DNA from: Squalus acanthias
Taxonomy: Eukaryota
NCBI GenBank assembly: GCA_030390025.1
Contig: CM059433.1
Location: forward strand, 31,126,001-31,190,000
Direction of reading: 5' to 3'
Length of the DNA stretch: 64,000 bases
The translations under genes were made by a program, and so were the position numbers. Below are positions 1 to 10,674 of this stretch, one piece after another. Numbering within the stretch: position 1 is the first letter of the stretch; every line of letters begins with the position of its first letter. Under the pieces are notes generated by a model. It did no database searches, had not been told where the DNA came from, and was given only the letters and a program-made list of their open reading frames with translations.

Positions 1-675
1 GTGTAATCTGCGAAACGGGTGCAAATTGCGCCCAAAGTTGCGCCCATTTTCTTTTTCTTGATTTTCTGCTGAAATTCATTTGCATATTGCCGAACGCAAA
101 ATCTGCCTTGAATCAGTGCAATCGGGCAGCATTTTCAAATTTTAAAAAAAAATTTGCTTTACAAAATATTTCTTGATATATTTAAGAGTGGTAACTTAGT
201 AAAGTTTGATTAATACAGCTGAACATGGGTTTATCACAAAAAACAAGCATTTTTAATCACAGTGTCAATCCACCACCTGTGAGTAACCCGATTTTAAATG
301 ACTGAAAATTACTTAAAAAAATATGCAAAACTATTTTCTAGTTAGATTGAGGTGCAGTAGTCAGCTCCTTAGTAAATTAAAAAAAAATTCAAAACCTTTC
401 AAAACGTGCCTAATATTGTTCTTGCGCCCAAAAGCTCCAGCTTAATTTTAAGAGCCTCCTCGAAGGCCCGCATTTGTGCGCAATTAGCGGAAACTCCCAA
501 CGCCTGTTTTGTGGGCGGGGTCGGCTTCTAGCGCGATGTTTTTAAAATGAGCGCAAAAGATCGCGGACATCCGAGTTGCACGGAACGCAATTCCGCGATC
601 TTTTGCGCCGGTTATGCCGATATCAAGCGAATTGCGCCGATAAAAACAGTGCAAGCTAGCGGAAACTGCAGGCCC
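1..675. mobile_element. Non-autonomous TIR (Harbinger-type) element, left end outside the window; same family as 47542-48348
   Basis: Ends in GGAAACTGCAGGCCC; AT-rich core (ATATATTTAAGAGTGGTAAC...TTTGATTAATACAGCTGAA) collinear with ~47740-48160; subterminal hairpin GCAAAAGATCGCGGA...TTCCGCGATCTTTTGC. Confidence 0.7.
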
Positions 676-839
676 TTAATGTTTAAAGGTGCTGTTTCGA
701 TGCTGACACTCTAAGTTGTCTTGGCAAATGTTTACTCTGTCTGAGGAAAAAGTGACCCTATTAAAGGTAACAGTAAAAGATCCAGGACGCCCTTGATATC
801 TCAAAGGTTTGTCTCCCCCCCGCCGTAAATATTGATATT

Positions 840-1581
840 GGCCCAGAAATTGATCTCGCTCTGTTCCCGCGGGGGTAAGCCTTTCCCGCGATGTCTCACC
901 TCGCTTATGCTTTTTCTGATCCAGCTCGCACGAAATTGATGTTCCAGACATCAGCTGTGCTGGGCTTGCGTATCCCAGCGGCGTAGTTAATTCGTGCGAG
1001 CTGTGGGATCACGTGACTCAGTTAGAGCCAATGGCAGCACACCATCTTCCATTCATAAGTCTCACAGCATGGCTGAGAGACTTATGAATCTTACACCCCC
1101 CCAAAATAACAGCTAAACCTCAATTAAATTAAAAAAAAACCATCACATTAATAAAATAAGTATAGTTAATTAAATTAACCATTTTAAATAAAAAATTAAA
1201 TTTTTGAAAAAATTTAAAATCTTTTAAAAAGTTATAAAAATAAACTTACCTGTCTTTAAAGTCTATAAAAAAGATATACCTGTAAAAAAAAATTCAAAAA
1301 AATACTTAATTCACTACTTACCTTCTTAAAAGCGGGTCTTACTCCTCCTTTTTACATTTCCAAAATCTTCCCTACTTACCTGCGCGTCCAAAGCATGAAG
1401 TGCACAGCGTGCGCGCAGCCTGTAGCGCGCACGCGATGCACTCCGGCCCCGCCCCCTTTTCGGAAGAGCAATTGCCGGTTTTCAGCGCATGCGCAGGGCA
1501 TGCAGAAAACCGGCAATTGGAGTGGGAATACGCGAGAGTATGCAGTGCGTACTCTCGCGTCCCGGGATCAATTTTCGGCCC
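840..1581. mobile_element. Non-autonomous Harbinger-type element (AT-core family), copy 1
   Basis: TIR GGCCCAGAAATT / AATTTTCGGCCC, 3-bp TSD ATT; collinear with 60200-60966. Confidence 0.85.
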
Positions 1582-1611
1582 ATTACACCCATGGACTCCT
1601 TAGAAATGCTC

Positions 1612-1945
1612 ATGGGATAGAATAATAGAATGATGCAGCACAGAAGGAGGCCAGTCGGCCCATCGTGCCTGTGCCGGCTCTATGACAGAGCTGTCCAATT
1701 AGCCCCACTCCCCTGCTCTTTCCCCATAGCCCTGCAAAACTTTCCCCTTGAAGTATTTATCCAATTCCCTTTTGAAAGTTACTATTGAATCTGCTTCCAC
1801 CACCCTTTCAGGCAGTGCATTCCAGATCACAACAACTCACTGTGTAAAATAATTTATCCTAATCTCGCCTCTGGTTCTTTTGCCAAATACCTTAAATCTC
1901 TGTCCTCTGATTATGGACCCTTCTGCCACTGGAAACAGTTCTCCT
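1612..1945 (-). mobile_element. CR1 LINE 3' fragment
   Basis: Reverse complement of the RT C-terminus (WNALPE-type) and 3' UTR seen in other CR1 copies in the window. Confidence 0.85.
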
Positions 1946-2679
1946 ATTCTAACTTCCAAAAGACAGAGCCAGCCACCCGAAGGAAAACAGCGTTATCAGT
2001 GCAGAAAATACATAAATAATTAGTATTGAAGCAAATACTGGGTATTAAATGGAATAGTGTGCTGCATGCCAATCAGGGGAGAGATTGAGGAGTTAGAGCA
2101 GCGGAATCAGAAACAGCACTGAGCTTAGCCATAGTAAGAAAAGGCTTGCAACCATGCAAAGTTCTGCTCACTAATATCTAGGGATTTGTGCCAAAATTGG
2201 GAGAGCTGTCTCACAGACTAGTCAAGTAACAGCCTGACGTAGTTATACTCATAGAATCATACCTTTCAGCCAATGTCCTAGACTCCTCCATCACCATCCC
2301 TGGGTATGTCCTGTCCCACCGGAAAGGACAGACCCACCAGAGGTGGCAGCACAGTGCCATACAGTTGGGAGGGACTAGTCCTGGGAGTCCTCAACATTGA
2401 CTCAGGGCCCCATGAAGTCTCATGGCTTCAGGTCAAACATGGGCAAGGAAACCTCCTGCTGATTACCACCTACCGCCCTCCCTCAGCTGATGAATCAGTA
2501 CTCCTGCCTGTTGAACACCACTTGGAAGAAGCACTGAGGGTAGCAAGGGCACAGAATGTACTCTGAGTGGCAGACTTCAATGTTCATCACTAAGAGTGGC
2601 TTGCTAGTACCACCACTGACCGAGCTAATCTTGCCCTCACCTATCTACCTGTCGCAGGTGCATCTGTCCATGACAGTAT

Positions 2680-2900
2680 TGAGAAGTCACACAACACCAG
2701 GTTATAGTCCAACAGTTTTATTTGAAGTCACAAGCTTTCGGAGCTGCTGCCCCTTTGTCAGGTGAAGTCCACTTCACCTGACGAAGGGGCAGCAGCTCCG
2801 AAAGCTTGTGACTTCAAATAAAACTGTTGGACTATAACCTGGTGTTGTGCGACTTCTCACTTTTGTCCACCCCAGTCCAACACCGGCATCTCCGCATCAT
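2680..2900 (+). mobile_element. Penelope-like terminal fragment inserted as an inverted-repeat hairpin with 13-bp TSD
   Basis: ~89-bp arms 2680-2768 and 2771-2859 plus a ~41-bp unpaired tail; TSD CATGACAGTA(T/C)TG at 2669-2681 and 2898-2910; interrupts the LINE. Confidence 0.8.
2774..2811 (+). ncRNA. Minimal type-I hammerhead ribozyme motif
   Basis: TCAC-CTGACGA-A-GGGGC-AGCA-GCTCC-GAAA-GC-TT-GTGA: core CUGANGA and GAAA, stem I TCAC/GTGA, stem II, palindromic AGCU mini stem III, as described for Penelope-associated hammerheads. Confidence 0.7.
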
Positions 2901-5297
2901 GACAGTACTGGTAGGGGTGACTACTGCACATTCCTTGCGGAGACAAAGTCCCCTCTTCACACTGAGGACACCCTCCATCAATTGTGTGGCATTACCACAG
3001 TGCAAAATGGGAAAGATTAAGCAAAGATCTAGCTGCTCAAAATTGGATTCCATGAGGCGCTGTGGGCAATCAGCAACAGCAGAATTCCACCACAATCTGG
3101 ATGTGGCAGGACTGCAGGACTCATGGCCCGGCATCTCCCTCACGCTACCATTACCATCAAGCCAGGTGATCAACCCTGCTTCAATAAGGAGTGTAGAAGA
3201 GCATGCCAAGAGCAGCACCAGGCGTACCTAAAAATGAGGTGCCAACCTGGTGAAGCTACAATACAGGATTACATGCATGTTAAACAGCGGGAGCAGCATG
3301 CTATAGACAGAGCTAAGCGATCCCACAACCAAGGGATGAAATCAAAGCTCTGCAGTCCTGCCACATCCAGTCGTCAATTTGGTGGACAACTAAACAACTA
3401 ATGGCAGGCGGAGGCTTCATGAACATCCCATCCTCAATGATGGCAGAGCCCAGCCCTTGAGGGCAAAAGGCAAGGCTGAAGCATTCACAACCATCTTCAG
3501 CCAGAAGTGCTAAGCAGATGATCCATCTGGCCTCCTCCTGAGGTCCCCACCATCACAGATGTCAGTCTTCCGCCAATTCGATTCATTCCACGTGATATCA
3601 AGAAATGAGCGCACTGGATATAGCAAAGCCTATGGTCACTGACACATCACGGCTGTAGTGCTGAAGGCTTGTGCTCCAAAACTAGCTATGCCTCTAACCA
3701 AGCTGTTCCAGCACAGCTACAACACTGGCATCTACCCAACAAATTGGAAAAATGCCCAGGTATGTCCTGGCTACAAAAAGCAGGACAAATCCAATCCAAC
3801 CAATTACCACCCCATCAGCATACTTGCAATTATCGGCAAAGTAATGGAAGGGGACTCCGACAGTGCTATCAAGCAGAACTTACTCAACAATATTCTACTC
3901 ACCGATGCTCAGTTTGGGTTCCACCAGGACCACTCGGCTCCAGACCTCATTACAGCCTTGGTCCAAACATGGACAAAAGACCTGAAGTCCAGAGGTGAGG
4001 TGAGAGTGACTGCCCTTGACATCAAGGCAGCATTTGACTGAGTCTGGCATGAAGGAGCCCCAGTAAAACTGAAGTCAATGGGGATCAGGGGGAAAACTCT
4101 CCACTGGCTGGAGTCATACCTAGCACAAAGGAAGATGGTTGTGGTTGTTGGCGGTCAATCAGCTCAGTCCCAGAACTTTGCTGCAGGAGTTCCTCAGGGC
4201 AGTGTCCAAGGCCCAACCATCTTCAGCTGCTTCATCAATGACCTTCCCTTCATCATAAGGTCAAAAATGGGGATGTTCGCTGATGATTGTACAGTGTTCA
4301 GTTTCATTTGCAATTCCTCAGATAATGAAGCAGTCTGTGCCTGCATGCAGCAAGACCTGGACAACATCCAGTCTTGGGCTGATAAGTGGCAAGTAACATT
4401 AGTGCCACACAAGTACCAGGCAATGACCATTTCCAACAAGAGAGAGTCTAACCACCTCACCTTCACATTCAATGGCATTACCATCGTCAAATCCACCACC
4501 AGCAAAATCCTGGGGGGCAACCATTGACCAGAAACTTAACTGAACCAGCCACATAAATACTGTAGCTATAAGATCAAGTTAGAGGCTGGGAATTCTGTGG
4601 CGAGTGACTCACCTCCAACTCCCCATAGCCTTTCCACCACCTACAAGGCACAAACCAAGAGTGTGATGGATTACTCTCCACTTGCCTGGATGAGTGCAGC
4701 TCCAACAACACTCAAGAAGCTCAACACCATCTAGGACAAAGCAGACCGCTTGATCGGTACCCCATTATCCACCTTAAACATTTATGCCCTCCACCCCTGG
4801 CACACTATGGCTGCAGTGTGTACTATCCACAGGATGCACTGCAACAACTTGTCAAGGTTTCTTTGGCAGCACTTCCCAAACTCCCTAGAAGAGAAGGACA
4901 ATAGGCACATGGGAACACCGCAACCCCAAGTTCCCCTCCAAGTCACACACCATCCTGACTTGGAAATATATCACCGTTCCTTCATCATCGCTGGGTCAAA
5001 ATCCTGGAACTCCCTCCCTAACAGCACTGTGGGAGTACCATCACCACACGGACTGCAGCAATTGAAGAAGGCGGCTCACCACAACCTTCTCAAGGGTAAT
5101 GGGCAATAAATGCTGGCCTTGCCAGCGATGCCCACATCCTGTGAATGAATGAATTTTTAAAAATTCTAAGAAAAGTAAATAAGGTCCTGGAGTTGTATTG
5201 TCCAAGGGATAGAACACATATCAGAAGTGGATGTACAAGATATTGGTCAGGCTCAGGGTAGAACTTTTCCAAAAGTTGATATTAATATGATAATGGT

Positions 5298-5715
5298 GGC
5301 AGCCGTTGCTCAGTTGGTAGCACTCTTGCCTCTGATTCAGAAGTTTGTGGGTTCAAGCCCCACTCCAGGGACATGAGTACTGAGGGAGTGCTGCACTGTC
5401 AGAGGTGCCGTCTTTTGGATGAGACATTAAATCGAGGCCCTGTCTGCTCTCTCAGGTGGATGTGAAAGAAGAGCAGGGGCATTCGCCCCGGTGTCCTGGC
5501 CAATATTTATTCTCAAACCCCATCACTAAAACAGATTATCTGGTCATTATCTCGTTGCTGTTCATGGGATCATGCTGTGTGCAAATTTGGCTGCTACAAT
5601 TCCTACATTGCAACAGTGACTACACTTCAGAAAGTACTTTATTGGCTGTAAAGCACTTTGGGATGTTCTGAGATTGTGAAAGGCTCTCTAGAAATGCAAG
5701 TTCTTTTTTCTTTCT
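5298..5715 (+). mobile_element. tRNA-derived SINE with Deu-domain core (DeuSINE, SacSINE1-like)
   Basis: A box TGCTCAGTTGG (5307-5317), B box GGTTCAAGCC (5350-5359), core GGTGCCGTCTTTTGGATGAGACATTAAATCGAGGCCC, tail AAATGCAAGTTCTTT; multiple copies in the window. Confidence 0.8.
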
Positions 5716-6065
5716 TAACAAGCCCCAACCCAGTGAAATAGGTCAGGTGATGGCAGGGATAGGTTGGACAGGCGGAAGTCGCACCCTGACCCACCTCTTG
5801 TCACAAACCCCTCCTGAGGGAAAATCCAGCCCCTCATGTCATGCATGGTCCCTTCAACACTAATTAAGCTGTATTTCTTTCTAAATAATTTGAAACACAC
5901 CCCCTGGAAACAGAGTAGATTAACCAAACGCAGTCAGTTATTTCACCAATGGCCCAGGAGAAATAGTTCTCTGTTGCAAATAAATCTCTTGCTTTCACCT
6001 ATTGGGAAATGTGGAACATTGACATAATTTGTGTGACTAGTCCCCAAGATTAAATATGTGATTTT

Positions 6066-6106
6066 TGTGTGTGTCTGTGTGTGTGTGTGTGTGTATGTAT
6101 GTGTGT
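6066..6106 (+). repeat. (TG)n microsatellite
   Basis: Imperfect TG/TATG run read directly. Confidence 0.9.
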
Positions 6107-6310
6107 TTAAGTTCCTAATTCCTAGTTATACAAAATATAATACACAAGTAAAATTCCAATTTCACAGTGTTTCACCCTGAAAAATGCATACATTTGTATA
6201 TGCAATTTGCATGTCAACGAGATTTCAAAGTATTTGCACTATTGCTTGGCAGGTAACTGTTACACCAACTGATATATTGGCCCATAATTTGCGGTCAGCA
6301 GCGAAGCAAA

Positions 6311-8231
6311 GCCTGTTCTTGCCCCACGGAACTTATCTCTTCCTATCTCGACTCTATTTTTTCTCCTCTTGTCCAGTCTCTTCCTACCTACATTCACGAC
6401 TGTTCAGACGCTCTCCGTCACTTCAACAGTTTCCAGTTTCCTGGCCCCAACCATCTCCTTTTCACTGAACGTCCAATCCCTCTACACCTCCATCCCCCAC
6501 CAGGACGGCCTGAGGGCTCTCCGCTTCTTCCTTGAACAGAGACCCAACCAGTCCCCATCCACCATCATTCTCCTCTGCCTGGCTGAACTTGTTCTCACAT
6601 TGAACAACTTCTCCTTTGACTCCAATCACTTCCTCCAAATTAAAGGTGTTACTATGGGAACCCGCATGGGTCCCAGCTATGCCTGCCTTTTCGTGGGCTA
6701 TGTGGAATGTTCCAGTCCTACTCAGGTCCCCTCCCTCACCTCTTTTTCTGGTACATTGATGACTGTATCGGTGCCGTTTCCTGCTCTCGCTCTGAACTAG
6801 AAAATTTCATTCACTTTGCTTCCAATTTCCACCCTTCCCTCACCTTCACATGGTCCATCTCCGACTCTTCCCTTCCCCTCCTCACCTTCTCTGTCTCTGT
6901 CTCCATCTCTGGGGATAGGCTATTGACAAACATTCACTACACGCCCACTGACTCCCACAGCTACCTGGACTACACTTCCTCCCACCCCGCTTCCTGTAAG
7001 GACTCTATTCCATTCTCCCAGTTTCTCCGTCTCCGCTGCATCTGCTCTGATGATGCCACCTTTCATACTAGTGCTTCCGACATGTCTTCCTTTTTCCTCA
7101 ACTGAGGATTCCCCTCTACCATGGTTGACACGGCCCTTGACCGTGTCCGTTCTATTTCCCGCACTTCTGCTCTCACCCCTTCCCCTCCCTCCCAGAACCA
7201 CGATAGGGTTCCCCTTGTCCTCACCTTTCACCCCACCAGCCTCCACATTCAACGGATCATCCTCTGCCATTTCCGCCACCTCCAGCATGATCCTACCACT
7301 AAACACATCTTCCCCTCCCCTTTCAGCATTCCAAAGGGACCGCTCCCTCCGCGACACCCTGGTCCACTCCTCTATCACCCCCAACACCCCTTCCCCTTCC
7401 CACGGCACCTACCCATGCAAGCACAGGAGATGCAACACCTGCCCTTTTACCTCCTCCCTTCCCACTGTCCAGGGCCCCAAACACTCCTTCCAGGTGAAAG
7501 AGCGATTTACTTGTACTTCTTGCAACTTAGTATACTGTATTCGCTGCTCATGATGCGGTCTCCTCTACATTGGGGAGACCAAACGCAGATTGGGTGACCG
7601 CTTTGCGGAACACCTCCGTTCAGTCTGTAAGGGTGACCCCGAGCTTCCGGTCGCCTGTCACTTTAATTCTCCGCTCCACTCCCACTCTGATCTCTCCGTC
7701 TTGGCCTCTTACACTGTTCCAATAAAGCTCAACGTAAGCTCGAGGAACAGCACCTCATCTTTCGATTAGGCAACTTTACAGCCTTCTGGACTCAACATCG
7801 AGTTCAACAATTTCAGACCATAACCTCTACCCTTATCATTTTTTTCCCTCTCTCACATGGCAGCTGTTGATCATCCTGCCAGTGCCATTTACACTTCATC
7901 TAGAGTCATCTTTTGTTTCTTAACTTGTCCCATTACCATCTCATTTTGCCTTGCACCATCATCCCTTTTGTCTCTTAATCTCTCCTGCCTTCCATCCTAT
8001 CACAGACCTTCCCTTTTGTTCTTTCCTTCCCTCTCCACTCTCCCTACCCCACACTTGCCACTTGCTTAAAAACCTGTTCCATCTCCAACTTTTTCCACTT
8101 CTGATGAAGGATCATCGACCTGAAACGTTAACTCTGTTTCTCTCTCTACAGATGCTGCCTGACCTGCTGAGTATTTCCAGCATTTTCTGTTTTTATTTCA
8201 GATTTCCAGCATCCGCAGTATTTTGCTTTTG
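6311..8231 (+). mobile_element. 5'-truncated Penelope-like retroelement (RT + GIY-YIG endonuclease), decayed
   Basis: SLYTSIPH, QIKGVTMGTRMGPSYACLF, YIDD, SIPFSQFLRL; GIY-YIG NLVYCIRCS*CGLLYIGETKRRL.DRFAEH at ~7525-7615; 3' region with hammerhead motif. Confidence 0.9.
8096..8135 (+). ncRNA. Minimal hammerhead ribozyme motif in the Penelope 3' repeat
   Basis: CTGATGA-AGG-ATCATCGA-CCT-GAAA-CG-TT-AACT; stem I has a mismatch in this copy. Confidence 0.6.
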
Positions 8232-8879
8232 CAGGAAGTGGGTAAGATCCTTTGATTCTAACTTTTTAAAAATGTTAGAGAGAGCAAAACAAAGATTGGG
8301 GCTTTCACATGGGGAAAGGCAAACCTGAAATAAAGATGAACAAACTTTAAAATATATTTTTTTTAAAGTTTCTAAAATTTTTATTTTTATTAAAATGGAA
8401 AAATTTGACACTTCCCAAAATTAAAATTAGTTTTTCAGGGCCATAACCTTTGTTTAGCAGTCAATACACTGTTAAAACCCCAGTTACACCTAATCCAAAA
8501 GGGTCCAACTTTTAATGTGGTATTTAACAGCGGTATTACCGCGGAAGAGCCAAAGTTGTCAGCAGTTTCCATGATTTGACCGATTACACTGATTGCTGGC
8601 TGTCGGTGGTGGGGGGCGCGGTGCGGGTGGGGGTGGTGAGGGGGGCGGTGGTGAGCACAATGCAGCCTGTGTCAGAGCAGTGAATGACAGACCGCAACTT
8701 CAGGATTTCCGCATTAGGTTGTGCGTGCGCTAAATCCTGAAGTTGCGATCAGTGTCAAAGGTGAAATGACGGCGAACGCTGCCAGTTCGCCGTCATCAGG
8801 ACCGCAAGTTCCGGGCCAATTTTTAACCATACAAAGGAATCACACCAAGTCAATATAATCAATATATAAAGAACTAATT

Positions 8880-9399
8880 CCAGGCACCACACTTTAGGAA
8901 GGACGTGAAGGCTTTAGAGAGGGTACGGAAGAGATTTACTAGAATGGTTCCAGGGATGAGGGATTACAGTTATGTGGATAGACTCGAGAAGCTGGCGTTA
9001 TTCTACTTAGAACAGAGAAGGCTAGGAGGAGATTTGATAGAGTGGTTCAAAATCATGAAGTGTTTAGATAGAGTAAATAAAGAGAAACCATTTCCAATAA
9101 CCAGCAGGCACAGGTTTAAGGTGATTAGCGAAAGAATCAGAGGCAACATGAGGAAAATCTCTTTTATGCAGCGAGTGGTTAGGATTTGGAATGCACTGCC
9201 TGATAGTTTGGTGGAAACAGATTCAATAATAGCTTTCAAAAGGGAATTGGATAAATACTTGAAGGAGAAAACATTGCAGAGATATGGGAAAAGAGCAGGG
9301 AAGTGGGACTAACTGGATTGCTCTTCGAAAGAGCCGGCGCAGACTCGATGGGCTGAATGGCCTCCTTCTGTGCTGTGCTATTCTACGATTCTATGATTC
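8880..9399 (+). mobile_element. CR1 LINE 3' fragment
   Basis: ORF 8905-9312 ALERV.KRFTRMVPG...RRL.GDLIE...WNALP; (TTCTATGA)n tail. Confidence 0.9.
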
Positions 9400-9667
9400 C
9401 AACCCAAAACACAAGACACAAGCCAGGAGCCTTGAAGTTTCAAGATAAAGATGTACCAACCTCCAAAATAAGAGGGAGACAAGATACAGGTGATAATCTA
9501 CAAGGGATAGATTTATGAATCAAAAAGCAAAAGCAACAACGTATCGAACAAAATAACTTCAAACAATAAAGATAAACATACCAAGACACAAAATACTTTT
9601 TGGCCAACTAAACATGCCCCTCATAAAATCTATCAGATGCCTAGATGCGAGTGAATTTGGAGACTAT

Positions 9668-10469
9668 GGGCGCGATCTTACCAGTCCTGGGGAGGCAGGT
9701 ATGGAGGCGGGACTGCCGGGAAAGTACCCGCCTCCATGCCCTCTTGCCAGGAGGCGGGTAGCCGTCCCGTGCCTGGGTCCCGTCTCCTTGGAGGCGGTAA
9801 GGGGATTAGTGCCACTTATCTGCCTGTTAACAGGTAGTTAACAGGCAGATAAGAGGATTATCCCCATTTTACCCACAAAAGTGCGGGTTTCCCGAAGGCT
9901 TCGAACCCCGCCAGGGTCACCGAGGTGAGTAGTGGGTCGGAGGGGTCCAAAAGTGTGCTGTGGAGGTGAGTGATGGATGCAAGTGTGGAGAGGTGAGTAT
10001 CTGAGGTAAGTGGAAAGTGTTAGAAAAAGTGTACTTACCTTTGTTTCTTCCTGCAGGCTTCAATCGCTAGGTATACGGAGAGTCTCGCACCTCCGCGGCA
10101 GAGATGACAGATGGCCGCTGCATTCTCCAATGCAACAACCATCTAATTTCTGCAAAAGAAAGAGGTTTAATGAGGTCTTGAATTCAAAAACTCATCAAAC
10201 TACAGAGAATGTCACTGTTTGACAGCTTCACAGAGCTGTCAAACGATGACAATTCATCTGTTAAAAATTTTTGACAGATGAAACGTCATACGTTGACGTT
10301 CTCTGTAACCGGCTTTCCCTTAATTGGCCTGCTAAACCTGCTGGGCGGGCTTAACAAGGTCAATCAAGGGAAAATAGCGTGGGTTGGCCACAAATCGATG
10401 GAGGCGGGACATCGACCTGCCAGGCAACACGCCTGCCTCCAACGCGGCCCCATTGGCAAAATCACCCCC
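9668..10469. mobile_element. Non-autonomous Harbinger-type element, ~800-bp family, copy A
   Basis: Termini GGGCGCGATCTT / AAAATCACCCCC, TSD TAT; near-identical inverted copy at 34645-35477. Confidence 0.9.
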
Positions 10470-10500
10470 TATCTCATTGGAAGCAATTTTCTGAGACAGT

Positions 10501-10674
10501 GGGGGTCACTTTGATCTCGGGCGACAGTGTAAAAGGGGCAATATGATTTCAGCCGCCCATTATACATCTCTCCCCATTTTCATTTCCGTTAACTTCAATG
10601 GGGCGAGATGTATAACGGGCGGCTGATCCGATATCGAATGGTATACGCTGTAGCCCAAAGTCAAGATTGCCCCC
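10501..10674. mobile_element. 174-bp palindromic MITE
   Basis: GGGGGTCACTTTGA / TCAAGATTGCCCCC, TSD AGT; internal hairpin GCCGCCCATTATACATCTC...GAGATGTATAACGGGCGGC. Confidence 0.8.

Larger units (their letters stand above)
2150..5155 (+). mobile_element. Decayed CR1/L2-group LINE ORF2 (APE endonuclease + RT) with 3' tail
   Basis: ORF pieces LLITTYRPPS, QFGF...LDIKAAFD, GVPQGSV.GP..F..FINDL, FADD; many stops and frameshifts; tail GGGCAATAAATGCTGGCCTTGCCAGCGATGCCCACATCC(TGAA)n. Confidence 0.9.
6279..8817. mobile_element. Non-autonomous TIR element interrupted by a Penelope-like element
   Basis: TIR GGCCCATAATTTGCGGTC / GACCGCAAGTTCCGGGCC; flanks ATT/AAT; AT-rich and GC-rich body at 8232-8817. 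Confidence 0.65.

Noticed and set aside
5298..5370. tRNA gene
   Set aside because: A and B boxes are present but run into a repeated SINE body; no convincing cloverleaf.
6920..7408. 162-aa minus-strand ORF and similar antisense ORFs (e.g. 18709-19254, 36894-37280, 52250-52615)
   Set aside because: Shadow frames opposite Penelope, Harbinger or CR1 coding sequence, with no independent domain signal.
10010..10514. Recurrent short ORFs in the ~800-bp family (MESVRKS..., MKRHTLTFSV...) as conserved peptides
   Set aside because: They recur only because the DNA copies are similar; starts, lengths and frames differ between copies.
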